Below are positions 23,429-35,964 of a stretch of DNA of 64,000 nt, piece by piece. The position numbers were made by a program, and so were the translations under genes. The notes below the pieces were generated by a model. The model did no database searches. It was not told the DNA's origin and worked only from the letters and a program-made list of their open reading frames with translations. The number at the start of each line of letters is the position of its first letter. Positions within the stretch are counted from its first letter, which is position 1. Origin of the DNA: Gekko japonicus (lineage: Eukaryota); the NCBI RefSeq assembly GCF_001447785.1, contig NW_015176458.1:608258-672257 (forward strand). Direction: 5' to 3'.

Positions 23429-24665
23429 GCCCATAGCTACAGTGGGGCCTCTCAGGGCCAGCTCCCTAAGAAGCCCCCCTGACTTCCCATCCAGCCCAGG
23501 CCCCCTGACAGCAAGAGGAAGTGAACAGAGTCCTTGTGTTTGTTTTGCATTTGGCTCAGAGGTCTGTGGGCTGGCAAACTGTTTGGGAACGGAGGATGCA
23601 CTGTTTATTCTGGCTTAAGAGTGTGTGTTTGTGTGCATATGTGCGCCCCACAAGGGGGGGGGAAATTGCCCCACAGAACAAAAAATCCTGGCTATGGCCC
23701 TGCTCCCGGTTAATCCTGAATATTTCCAGGATTTTTGGAACCCATTAACCGCCATCCCGGAAAATCCTGGATACCATCTGGAGACCCAAACATATCCCAA
23801 AATACCAATAAATTATTTCTTGGATATATATTTGGCTCGGATATATCCTAACATACGTCCCTAATTCACATCTACAGCCTATTTTTCTCTAACTATTTAG
23901 GATTACAACTATTCTTCCCACCCCCTTTCCCCAAACAACTATCTCTGGATTGCAGCCAGCATATTTAGAAATGCTCCTCTGTCTAATGCTTTTCACAACC
24001 AATGTCTCCAAGGTCTCCTTTTTTGAATGATGATAGCTAACCCATTCTCTAACTTGCACGAGAATAATTTAGGCCATTTCTTCTATAGTGTATCAGTTTG
24101 TGGTTATTAAGAAATGAATTTCACCTGACAGGGTTCTTCTTTCTTTCTTTTTTTGCCCATTCTCTTTATGCTCTGAGGTCTTTTGGTTATTAAAGGGAAT
24201 TTAATTTTTCCTTTCATTATCTTTATTTTCTTCCAGAGGATTAAAATGATTATAAATTCTCCTCAATGGGATGAACCAGAGCCACCGGCAAATGACTAAT
24301 TCCAAATTATTTCACTTTTGTAAAGCAAGGAATATGCATTTTGAAGAGCCAACCAAAATGTGTTAAAAGAAAGATGGTCGCCGACGTACAAGACTCAGTG
24401 CGGATTTCTTCAAGGAGATTAGCAAAACTGATGACAAAAGAACATTAAAGGCATAAAACTTTTTTTTAACCTCAAAATGAATACCAAAAGTCAAAAGCTG
24501 GGAGGGCAATTAGTACGTAATTAGAAATAGAAATAAAGATGCTATCAGCATAATAGTTGCACGTTTGTTCCCACAGTTATTTTACTAGCCTCCATTACCC
24601 AATGGGATGGACAGCGTTCTCTACATAGGCATCAAGGACTTGGTGTAAACCTGCACTTGGATTAG

Positions 24666-25667
24666 ATGCACTTGGATGATACGAAGTTGTTCAGGGTGGT
24701 GAAAACCAGGGAAGATTGTGAGGCACTCCAAAAGGATCTGTCAAGGATGGGCAAGTGGGCATCAACATGGCAGATGGGGTTCAATGTTGCCAAGTGCAAG
24801 GTGATGCACATTGAAGACAAAATGATGCACATTGGAGACATTGATGGGGTCTGAACTGGCAGAGACTGATCAAGAGAGAGATCTTGGAGTTGTAGTAGGT
24901 AACTCACTGAAAATGTCGAGACAGTGTGTGACTGCAATAAAAAAGGCCAATGCTATGCGGGGATTATTAGGAAGGGTATTGAAAACAGATCAGCCAATAT
25001 CACAATGCCCCTATATAAATCAATGGTGCGACCTCATTTGGAATACTGTGTGCAGTTCTGGTCACCACACCTTAAAAAGGATATTATAGCTTTGGAAAAA
25101 GTGCAGAAAAGGGCAACTCGAATGATAAAAGGGTTGGAACACTTTCCCTATGAGGAAAGGTTAAAGCGCTTGGGGCTCTTTAGCTTGCAGAAATGACGAC
25201 TGAGGGGTGACATGATCGAGGTTTATAAGATTATGCATGGGATAGAGCAGGTAGAGAAAGAGGTACTTTTCTTCCTTTCTCACAATACAAGAACTCGTGG
25301 GCACTCCATGAAATTGCTGAGCAGTCGAGTTAGAACGGATAAAAGGAAGTACTTCTTCACCCAAAGAGTGATTAGCACACGGAATTCACTTCCACAGGAA
25401 GTGGTGGCGGCTACAAGCATGGACAGCTTCAAAAGGGAATTAGATAAGCATATGGAGCAGAGGTCCATCAGTGGCTATTAGCCACAAGGTATAGATAGGG
25501 GCTCTGGGGCAAGTGATGCTTTGTCTTCTTGGTCAACAGTGGGAGGGCTTCTAATGTCCTGGCCCTACTGGTGGATCTCCTGATGGCACCTGGTATTTTT
25601 GGCCACTGTGTTCGATGGGATGGGCCTTTGGCGTGATCCAACATTGGCGTCTCTTATGTTCTTATGA
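24666..25667 (+). mobile_element. CR1 LINE 3' fragment
   Basis: DDTKLFRVVKTREDCEALQKDL...WQMGFNVAKCKVMH; LYKSMVRPHLEYCVQFW; ends (CTTATGTT)n. Confidence 0.95.
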
Positions 25668-26777
25668 CCTATGATAGTGTTTTATTTTCCATAACTTGTG
25701 GTCTAGCAGCAGTTGCTTAACTGAATATTGGGAATACACATGCAAATTGGTATTGGTTACCTCAATGCAGAACCAGTCATATATGGCAGCAGTGGCAGCA
25801 GCTGCTGTTTTCATGCAGGCTGATGTGCTGGATTGAAGCTCTGGGAAAATGGGTGATGTGCAGGGCTAGAGTCAGCATACCTTGAGATGGGGGTAGCTGC
25901 CAGGGCCCACTGCTGTAGAACCCCTCCCCCCACGGTCCCTTATTTGCTCGTGCTCTACCATGTTCCCAGCTACACTAACTGCCCAGTGCCACTGGGGGAA
26001 AGGGCTACAGGCAGTGGTCGGCATGAGCAGGACTCACAGGCAGATGGGAGGCATGCAGGTAGGGAGAATGGAAGGAGGACATATATGGGAAACTGGTGGT
26101 AGCTAAAAGAAGAGAGAGGGACCCTGGGAACTGTCTGATTGGGGCCCTTCAAAATCTGAAAGCAGCCCTGGTGTTGGGTCAGGTTCTCAGAATCCCAAAT
26201 CCTGGACTCATGGTGACAGAGTCTGATATCGAATTGCATATCTAATGGTAGTACTTCCACATGTACCACTAGAGTACCATATGGTATCTAGGAGTGTGTG
26301 TTGTCATAATGGCGTAGGTTCGAAGCACCGAATTGTATACCACTTGCAATAATAACTCAAAATAAGACAGACATTAAGAATGCACTAAATGTAAAATGTA
26401 TTTTACATTACACTATTGCCCCTCATCTCCCATTTAGGTATGCAGAAGTAGCCATAGATGCCTTCAAAGCAGCCGTTATGTGCATGGACTAGTTGGTGAC
26501 CTTGAGATTTGACCTTGTAGCTCTGAGAACTACCCCCCACCAAATATCCATTTGTGTGGCCTTTCCATTTCCCCTCCATATTGTGTGTGTGTGTGTGTGT
26601 CTCTTCTTTAAATGTATGACCACATGCAGTTTTATGCTACTGTTTTGTTATCCAGTAAATCCAGTTGCAAGCTGGATCTAGGCACGACACCAGAACAGAA
26701 CATTAAAGAAAAAAAGAATCTGAAATGGAGACACCAGACTCAACCTACATACTTGAACACGTGTGAGTTAGCAGTTG

Positions 26778-27318
26778 AGAGCCACTTTGGTGTAGTGGTT
26801 AAGAGTGTGGACTCTAATCTGGGTGTGGGTTTGATTCCCCACTCCTCCATGGGCAGATGCTGCGTGACCTTGGGTCAATCACAAGTTCTCTCAAAGCTGT
26901 TCTCTCAAGACCAGTTCTCTCAGAGCTCTCTCAACCCCACCTGCCTCATAGGGTGTCTGAAGAAGAAGAGATTGGATTATACCCTGCCCTTCACTACCCA
27001 AGGGAGTCTCAGAGCGGTTTAAAAACTCCCCTCCCCACAACAGACACCCTGTGAGGTAGGTGGGGCTGAGAGAGCTCTGACGGAAACTGCTCTTTTTTCA
27101 AGGACAGCTGTTATCAGAACTGTGGCTTGCCCAAGGTCATCCAGCAGGTGCAAGTTGAGGAGTGGGGAATCAAACCCGGTTCTCCCAGATTAGAGTCCAC
27201 ACACTTAACCACTACACCAAACTGGCTGTTATGTTATGGGGAGATGAAAGGAAGGTGATTGTAAGCCTCTCCGAGTGAAGTGCAAGATATAAATAATCCT
27301 CCTCCTCCTCCTCCTCCA
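26778..27318 (+). mobile_element. Squam3-like SINE split by an antisense copy of the same family
   Basis: Head at 26778, breaks after GGGTGTCT, resumes at about 27228 (GTTATGGGG...GATATAAAT). Confidence 0.8.
26959..27227 (-). mobile_element. Squam3-like SINE (nested)
   Basis: Full copy, very similar to 36161-36440 and 59678-59953. Confidence 0.88.
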
Positions 27319-27357
27319 TTTAATTTAAACCATGGTTTCACAGGATATCTGAACTTT

Positions 27358-27533
27358 TTGTTGTTCAGTTGCACAGTCGAGTCCGACTCTTCGCAACCCC
27401 ATGGACCAGATCACGCCAGGCCTTCCGGTCTTCCACCGTCCTCTGAAGTTTCCTCAACTTCATGTTCGTTGCATCTATGACACTGTCTAACCATCTCATC
27501 CTTTGCCGTCCCCGTCTTCTTTGACCTTCAATC
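27358..27533 (-). mobile_element. Bov-B/RTE LINE 3' end
   Basis: IEGQRRRGRQRMRWLDSV...VHGVAKSRTRL; (CAA)n tail. Confidence 0.9.
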
Positions 27534-27672
27534 TGAACTAAACCTAAGCAATTATCCAACTTTACATTGTGTATTCCTTTGCAGAGAGGGACTTTCTCCA
27601 TAGTTGTAGGCTGCATACTGACTAGACCTCTGTGAACAGCCTGGTGTGTTCCACTAGTGGAGGTATGCTTGT

Positions 27673-28031
27673 TAGGTCAGCCAGGTCCCCAAGGGGGGGT
27701 GGGGGTTTGCCTGCTCAAAGGGCCCCCAACCCACTGGCTCAGATCTGGCTGGTTGGGGGGATCCCCGCCCCCAAAGTGCCTGGATCTGGCCTGGAGGTAA
27801 CGTCATTGCACTGGGCATGTCACTGGGGGGACACTCTAGCATTCGGCTTGAAAGTTCTATGGTATCATAGAGTTTTCAAGCTGAATGCTAGAGTGTTTGC
27901 CAATGGTGTGCCTAGCATGATGACATCACTTCTAGGTGATGTCATTGCAGTGCACGCTACATGCACAAATGAATGCCCCAGACCAGGACCAACTCCCCCT
28001 GCCAAGCAAGGTAAGGGACCTGGCAAACATA
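27673..28031. mobile_element. Fold-back hAT MITE (older family)
   Basis: TAGGTCAGCCAGGTCCC...GGGACCTGGCAAACATA; internal inverted repeat ACACTCTAGCATTC / GAATGCTAGAGTGT. Confidence 0.75.
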
Positions 28032-29759
28032 ATGCTTGTACCATCCACCTGTTCTGGATAGGCTGTCCTACTGTAATCACTTTGGACTTTCCAATATATT
28101 TGTTTTATTATTCATTTGCTTAAATCAGCCAAACTCCATTTTACTTGAACAAATCTATGATAAATTGCATCAACATAATATCTGGCCCATCAAAGTCCAA
28201 AGTCTAGTGGAAATTGCAATGTCTGTTCAGACTCATTAATTAAAAATAAAAGCACAACACTTTGCTTCTTTTAATGAATTTTTAAATATAAATTCTGATG
28301 ATTCTGAATGTTAGCATAAAAAGTAATCTGTTTTAACTCGCATAGTTCAGTGAAGCTGGAATTCATTTGATTAATTTGCTTCAGCTTCCCTTAATTCATT
28401 TAGTTTGCTTGTTTATCAAAGTGGAAGCCAACTCAGTGTATTAAGTGAAGGTGAATGGAGACACCTTGAATGGTTCCATGAAAGAAGCAAAATGAAATGA
28501 AATCAGCAAAACACCCTTAAACAGATGTGCTATCGTGATCCACAAATTATGAATGCATCGGCTAGAAAAGAAGATGGGAACAAGCTGCAAAGTTGACTGC
28601 AAAATTCGTATCAGAATTTTTTGGGGGGGGGAGGAAAGCAGGAAAGGAGTGTTGTTAAAAACAGTAGTGCTGAATGCCAGATAGTGTTTTTTTGAATGCA
28701 CTTAATGAAAAGCCTCATGAACCACCTGCAAACTTATCACCAAATTTGAAAATGATGTTCAAGAGACATGGAATTCATCATGTACTTGATTCGTTCTGAA
28801 CATTCATGCCTTCATTGTCCAAAATGACTGCATAACTTTTCCCCATAATTTGTGTGGTAAATTGTGCTCCTTTTCAATGACATCTGCTCATTAGCAACAC
28901 AATCCATGCGCCTTGCAGGCAAGAGTTTCGGATGACTCAGGGAACTAATCATATTGTATTCTCTGTATGTTGGTCTATGGGTTCCTTCAGAAGTAGCTGT
29001 CATAGATAAGGCCTGTGCCACCTGTCTTAAAGGTCCCACGCTTGGACTTGACTGTGGGCACTGATATGGAGATCTCTGCAAAGAAGAGTATGGATCCAGA
29101 TTAAATTGGCAATTTCCACCAGCTCCCTCTACCTGCTGCAGGCCCCCCTCATGACCTTCTTCAGGGTCCTCTGGTCCCCTGGAGCAGCATTTCATGGAGA
29201 TCATTTGGTATGCAATGGGAGAGAGATGGCAGGAGCATTCCATTCTGCCACTGGAAAATGGTGTCTGGATCCAACCCACTACATTCAAAGTAAGTTAGAA
29301 TACATAACTGACCGAAGACCGCCCTCTGAGTTTCCATGGCAGAGTATGGATTCAAGGTCCTAGTCTGAAACTCTAGCCACTACACCACACTTTTTTTGCA
29401 GGGTAGCTAGCTTCTGTAGAACAGTAGCAAACAGCCAGGACTAGGTGGGCCATGCAAGCTGGGAGGTAGCAAGCTGCTCAGTGGTTGCTGAGAGGCTTGA
29501 CCCTGATGAGTCCTATCTCAAAGCCAAAACAGACTTAGAAAGGGCCCTGCACACACACACATAGGCCTGTTACTGACAGAAACCAAGCCTAGAATGCTGG
29601 CAAAACTGTTGTGGTTGCCTAGCAATGGCACATTTTGGGGTTTTTTTTAAATACACCCAGGTGTTTTGGGTTTTTTAAAATTATTTCAGATTTTTCTGCA
29701 AACTTGGAGTGTTTTTCAGGCTTGTAGAAAGGTGCTTATCTTGGTCTTGATCTGGATCA

Positions 29760-30016
29760 GAAGAAGAGATTGGATTTATACCACACCCTTCACTACCAGA
29801 AGGAGTCTCAGACAGAAATCCTCCCCCCAACAAACACTCTGTGTGGTAGGTGGGGCTGAGAGAGCTCTTTTGAGAATTGCTTCTGGGAGAACAGCTCTGA
29901 AAAAACCTGTAACTGACCCAAGGTCACACCATCAGCTGCATGTGGAGGAGTGGGGAATCAAACCCAGTTCACCCAGATTAGAGTCCACATTCCTAACTAC
30001 TACACAAAACTAGCTC
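29760..30016 (-). mobile_element. Squam3-like SINE
   Basis: Same head and tail as other copies. Confidence 0.85.
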
Positions 30017-30191
30017 TCAGGGCCCTGTGTGCTTGGGAACTGAATTTCTTACAGGGAACTCACAGTTGACATGTGGCTGACTGAGAGAAAGTAAGGTCAG
30101 AAAACCCTGACTCAATCCATGGAAACCCCACATATGTAGTTTGGCCCTGAGTGAACCACCTAAAGAACCTGTGTGGGGTTTGATCCCTGAA

Positions 30192-30502
30192 TAGGGTTGC
30201 CAAATGGTACTCACCTCCTTGGCGGGGGACTCCTGGAGACCTCCCGGCGCGCGTGTGTGTGCGACGTATCTACATCACCCGGATGTGACGTCGCACGCCG
30301 GGGGCGGGGCCACAGCCATTTGAGGGGAAAACATAGAGTTTTCCCCTCAAATGGCTGTGGCCCCGCCCCCAGCGTGCGACGTCACATCCGGGTGATGTGC
30401 ACGCGGGGGTGGGGTTTCCCCCAGAGGCCGATTCTGTCGCATCAGAAATCGAGCCACCAAAGCGGGGGATTCCCCGCCCCCCGGGCCCATTTGGCAACCC
30501 TA
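30192..30502. mobile_element. CpG-rich fold-back hAT MITE
   Basis: TAGGGTTGCCAAATGG...CCATTTGGCAACCCTA; perfect 8-bp TSD TCCCTGAA. Confidence 0.92.
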
Positions 30503-31910
30503 TCCCTGAACAATCATCACAACTCATATGGACAAACACTGTAACAAGACAGTCCCCTTGAATTCAAAACAAAGGACAAAATAATGATACTGATTTATTA
30601 GGGTCAGGGACCAGAAAATAGTGAGTGTTCTTGGTAAACAAAGGGAGTCTAAACTGTGATATACACTCCAAATGCTTATATAATAAGGAGCATAGACATC
30701 TTCATACTGATGTGTAGGAAGAGAAAGAAAGACATCACTGACCTGCTTGACTAATACACTACATTTGATGCTGTTATTATACAAGAGGAACTCCATATTT
30801 TTTAAAGGGTTGAACTGGAAGATTGCAGTTTTATAAGGCAATTGCTTTTGGAGATGATGATGTGTAATATTAAACGCATCAAGTGAGAGTGAAGGAAAGT
30901 GTCTGAGATTCCATTCTTCATCTGCAAAGGATGTCATTTCTACTGATTTGCAGTTCAGTACATATGGGGGGGGGGATAGGACTTTATTTCTTGGTACTAA
31001 TTTAATAGTGTCCCAGGGAGAACGATCTAGAATGAATCTTACAAGTCTAAATTCTGTCGTTGGTGTTTCATTCTATCTTTCAGCTGCATTAGATGAAGTA
31101 TCACTATTTTACTGTAGAGGCACATTTATTTAGTATGCAAACAATATACTAACTGAAATAGTTAGGTCTTAGTGATGTCTCTTTTTAGCTGGACTGCCAC
31201 TATTAGTGCTCCTGTGCTTTGCGGAGATAGACATTCAACAGGTGAGCCTTCCCTATTATTGCTTGGGGGGGGAAGCTACACTATACTAGAGCAATGGGAC
31301 AAATCAACAATGACTAAAAAAACCCCTTGCATTTATGGAACCAAACATACTGAGCTCTGATAAAGAATGTGTATGGAAAATGGCTGGGACGATGGATAGG
31401 GTGGGGTGCTGAAATGGTTATAACTTTTCTTCTTCTTCCCCCACTGGCAAAATTGGATGGCAACATTAAGGGAGAAGGAATGGTATGGAGAAAAGAGAGA
31501 CTCTGGTCAGATTAGCTTGGTTGATGCAGCATGCCAGTGGTCTCAAAACAGCGAGATCCTGGCAAGGCCAAGCACCTTGTTCCCTGGTCCATCAGGGCAG
31601 CACGCAGGCAGAAGGGACTGCTGACCTGTTCTTGCTGCTCTGCAGCTCCCCCATGGCAGATGGCCAGAGGGTGTATTGCAGGGTCAAGTGACACAAAAAG
31701 CATTCCACTTGGCCTTTTATGACTCCCATCTGTAGCTTGTCAAATGGAGCTACTTTAGTAAGCCCTGCCAGAGCCTGCACAACAATCAGTCTGTCCCCTT
31801 GCCTCTCGCTTTGACAGTCTGCTGTGCCTCCATCTTGCTGGGATCATGTTACTCTTGAGTAGTACAAGAGATGGCACCCCAGATCTCATGGGGGGGGGAA
31901 ATCACTGCTA

Positions 31911-32047
31911 CTGTGTTTCCCCGAAAATAAGACACTGTCTTATATTTATTTTTTCTCAAGAAGACACACTAGGGCTTATACCACAAATGCATAGAAATCC
32001 TGCTAGGGCTTATTTTGGGGGTAGGTCTTATTTTCGGGGAAACAGGG
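31911..32047. mobile_element. Tc1/mariner-superfamily (pogo/Tigger-like) MITE
   Basis: 23-bp TIR C..TGTTTCCCCGAAAATAAGAC; TA on both sides. Confidence 0.85.
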
Positions 32048-32114
32048 TATGTGAACAGAGAGGTCAGACTCCCAGAATCCTGGAAATATGCAGAACCCCA
32101 ATTTAGCGTGCACA

Positions 32115-32258
32115 TGTTGTCGAAGGCTTTCACAGCCAGAGTTCATTTGTTGCTGTAGATTTTCCAGGTTGTGTGGCCATGGTATTGGCATTGTAGAACG
32201 TCAGGTTCTACAATGCCAAGACCACGGCCACACAACCCGAAAAATCTACAGCAACTAA
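32115..32258. mobile_element. Penelope pseudo-LTR termini in inverted (fold-back) arrangement
   Basis: TGTCGAAGGCTTTCACAGCC...GTGTGGCC resembles squamate Penelope ends; 51-bp inverted arms 32149-32199 / 32205-32255. Confidence 0.7.
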
Positions 32259-32721
32259 TTAGTGTGCATACTTCATCTGTCCATTTGGGGTATCTTTGTA
32301 CGTTTCTGTAGATACTAATGTGTCCTCTGGCCATAAAGTCCCCCCCCCCAGGTAACTGTGCATACACATTCATATTCCATGTATAAATACAGGGGACCTG
32401 TCATATATAGGGTTTTTTACAGAAGAGGAGACTGGCACAGAAGTCAATGGTACCCACCTGACTCTAACATACGTAACTGACTCTAACTATCTTCTTCTAC
32501 ATTATCCCACTCAAATATTATCAAAGCTCTGGCTGGGTGTTAGAAGTAACTTGAACATGAAGGCTGAGGAGAAAAAGGCTGGCTAGCTGAGTACATGCAT
32601 GTCATTCATCGATCTCCTGTTTGGCATAATGGCTGCCAAAGCGTGGTATGTGCATGCATTGAGGATCTACTGGGGAGAGTAAGATGGGAAGAGAGCTCCA
32701 TTGAGCTCTCTGCCAGTACTT

Positions 32722-32925
32722 CCCCTCCAGTCTACACATGCACTTCTCCACATGAAGCCAGCTGGGTGATCTTGGGTCAGTCACAGTTCTCTCAGAGCTC
32801 TCTCAGCCCCACCCACCTCACAGGGTGTCTGTTGTGGGGAGAAGAAGGGAAGGAGATTATAAGCTGTTCTGAGACTCCGAGTGAAGGGCGAGGTATAAAT
32901 CCAGTTCTCCTCCTCCTCCTCCTTT
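32722..32925 (+). mobile_element. Squam3-like SINE (5'-truncated)
   Basis: CTCTCAGCCCCACCCACCTCACAGGGTGTCTGTTGTGGGG...GTATAAATCCA. Confidence 0.8.
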
Positions 32926-32989
32926 CTCAAATATCAGGAATGGATCATGCTTACATTTCCGAGGACATGTACTCACTACAGAACTGAGG

Positions 32990-33125
32990 AGGGGCCATGG
33001 ATCAGAACTGTAGGCTCTGCTTGGCATGCAGAAGGTCCCAGGTTCAGTCCCCGACATCTCCGGCTAAAAGACCTTCACCTGAGACCCTGGAGAGCTGCTG
33101 CCAGCCTGAGTAGACAATACTGTCC
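32990..33125 (+). mobile_element. tRNA-derived SINE (Squam2-like)
   Basis: TGCTTGGCATGCAGAAGGTCCCAGGTTCAGTCCCC...CCCTGGAGAGCTGCTGCCAG. Confidence 0.7.
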
Positions 33126-33224
33126 TCACTTGGGCCCCTGTGCTAGACTTCATGATAACATATGACTTGCTTCCATCAAACCCGCTGGACCACAAATGGT
33201 TATTCTTGTAAGTTACCCATGTAC

Positions 33225-34918
33225 ATTCATTCATTCATTCATTCATTCATTCATTCATTCATTCATTCATTCAAATTTATACTCCATGCTCCCAGCCCAA
33301 GGCCAGCTCAGGGCAGCTTACATAAAATCCACAGAAAACATTTAAGTAATACAATAAAACATTAAAACAGTGTTTAAAAGATTACAATTCTATAATAAGT
33401 GCTAGTTTTGCTATTATAGAGTTTGTGCTGGCTACCATCGACTCTCTCTTCCCATTGCCGGCACAGATCTTCTATAGGTGTCTTTCAAATGTCCCTCCAG
33501 CGGCTGGCACAGTTGTTAATGTAAGTTTCAGGGCAACAGAACTTCTCTTCCTAGTAGTTAGTGGTGGCAGCAGCTCCAAAAGCCTGGCAGAAGAGCTCCA
33601 TTTTACAGGCCCTGCGGAACTGTAGTAGGTCCCACAGGGCCATGATCTCCTCTGGGAGCTCGTTCCACCAGGATGGAGCCGCCACCAAGAAAGCCCGTGC
33701 CCTGGTTGTCACCAGCCTGGCCTCCTTAAGACTCGGGAGGGCCAGCCAATTCTGGGTCCCTGATCGCAGTGCTCTCTGGGGAACATGTGGGGAAAGGCGG
33801 TCCCTCAGGTACATAGGTCCCTGACCATAAAGGGCTTTAAAGGTAAGAACCAGCCCCTTGAAATGAATTTGGTATGCTATCAGCAGCCAGTGCAATGCCT
33901 TGAGTGCAGGCTGGATTGGGAGTCCCATCAGAAGCCTGGCCGCAGCATTTTGCACCAGCTGCAGCTTCTGGATTTGAAACAAGGGCAGCCCCATGTAGAA
34001 AGCATTACAGTAGTCCAATCTCGAGGTGACCATTGCATGGATCGCTGTTGCCAAGTTGTTGCATTCAAGGAAGGGAACCAACTGCCTAATCAGCCGAAGA
34101 TGGTAAAAGGCTGCCTTGGCAGTGGCTGCTACCTGGGCCTCCATTGTTAAGGAGGCATCTAGGAGCACCCCAGACTCCTAACCTCTGGCGCTGGCACCAG
34201 AGGTGCCCCAACGAAAGTTGGAAGTGGGATCCCTACCCCCGGACCACCCCGACTCAGTCACAGGACCTCTGTCTTTGTTGGATTCAGTTTCAGCCAGCTC
34301 AGCCTAAGCCAACCAGCCACATCTTGTAACGCCCGGTCTAGATCTTCCGGTTTGGAGTCGGACTGGTCACCCAAAATCAGATAGAGCTGGATGTCATCCG
34401 CATATTGGTGACATCCCAGCCCACACCTCCAAGCAATCTTGGCAAAGGGGCACATATAGATGTTGAAGACCATCGGGGACAACACTGCCCCCTGAGGCAC
34501 TCCACAGTCCAGTGGGTGCCTCTGGGATAGTTGATCCCCCAGCACCACTCTTTGTCCCCAACCTTGGAGAAAAGAGGCAAGCCACTGCAAGGCCAGCCCC
34601 TGGACCCCATTGCCAGCAAGGTGGTGGACCAGTAGCTGATGGTCAACTGTGTCGAACACTGCTGACAAGTCCAAAAACAGCAGCACCGCTCGTCCATCCT
34701 GATCCAGATGCCTCCGGAGGTCATCCGTGAGGGCGACCAGTGCCGTTTCCATACCGTGACCCAGGCAAAAGCCGGACTGGGAGGGATATAAAATGGAAGC
34801 ATCATCCAAGAAACTCTGCAAGTATACAGCCACAGCCCTCTCTATTATCTTGCCCAAATAGGGCAAGTTGGAGACTGGCGGGGAGCTCACCAATTCGGCC
34901 AGGTCCAAGGATGGCTTA
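33225..34918 (-). mobile_element. L2-clade LINE, 5'-truncated, frameshifted RT
   Basis: ORF 34258-34980 with DLSAVFDTVDH, GVPQGAVLSP and HQYADD; ORF 33551-34168 with SRLDYCNA and LQLVQNAAARL; (TGAA)n tail. Confidence 0.93.
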
Positions 34919-35964
34919 GAAGCATTAGAAGTAAGGTAAAATGTTCTAATGACCAAAGAATTCATAGTAGAACTAACCACATAAAATGTAATAGTAGAAT
35001 TTGTTAAGTGATATTGTTCAACTTATAAATACTACCTGTTTGTGTTAATAGTGTTATTTATTGTACAATGTATCATTACAAAACTAATAAAAATATATTT
35101 TTTAAAAAAACATTCATATGTGTTCATGTGTTTTTATGTCCAGGTCAAACATAGAAACCAACTTTGCGACCCTCTGTATTTGTATATATTTCTGAAGTAT
35201 TTAAATATTTTTCTGTAGCTATTTTTTGTCAGATCTTCAAGATATACCATAGAATGCTGTTGCTTTAAAGCAATAATTATATAGAGCTAAAACGATGAAA
35301 TACTCTAGGTGATAAAATATAACATTGCAATACAAGGGGCTTATGGTGTAATGCTAATAAGATTAACTGAAAGAAATCAAAGCCAATTTATGTTTGGCGG
35401 TTTGGGGAATAACATTTTGTGTCAAGATGCACAGTAATCATCTGAACATGGGAATAATCTACCTCCTAATTAAACAACAATAAACACTTGTCAATAGTAC
35501 CCAATTGTAAAAAGTCAACAAAGGAAGTATCAGTGTAAACACAGATTAAAAAGAGTTCTCAGCAAACCAGAGATCAGGAAAGTTATTTAATGCTCACTGG
35601 AGCGAACCAAGCATAACATGCATCTTATTACTGACTGTACAAGTAAATCTACTGAGGACGGACAGTTAGTTTTGAGCAAGACAGAGGCTTTGGCACTCTC
35701 TGGAGATGATTTCCCTTCATTTGTTTGTTTCTTGTTTTGTGGGTTCACCCATCTATAATTCCACTGCTCCTAAATTCCAGTTTGACATGGGTAATTTCTA
35801 AAATTAAATCCAGAATTGCAGCATGTGCAGATTGCAGCTTCTTTCAGCTCCTTTGCAAAAGGTCTCCACACTGTATTACCAATGCTACCAAGGCACGGCA
35901 GTAAAATGCAGACCTCCTCCTCTAGAAGCCATTTTAATGCGAGTATATGGATAATGTCAATATA

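Noticed and set aside
24200-24300. Strong acceptor-like pyrimidine tract plus CAG (another at about 44063)
   Set aside because: No supported open frame or convincing exon pairing; such sites occur by chance
33551-34980. Functional or domesticated reverse transcriptase
   Set aside because: 5'-truncated, frameshifted L2 copy with deletions
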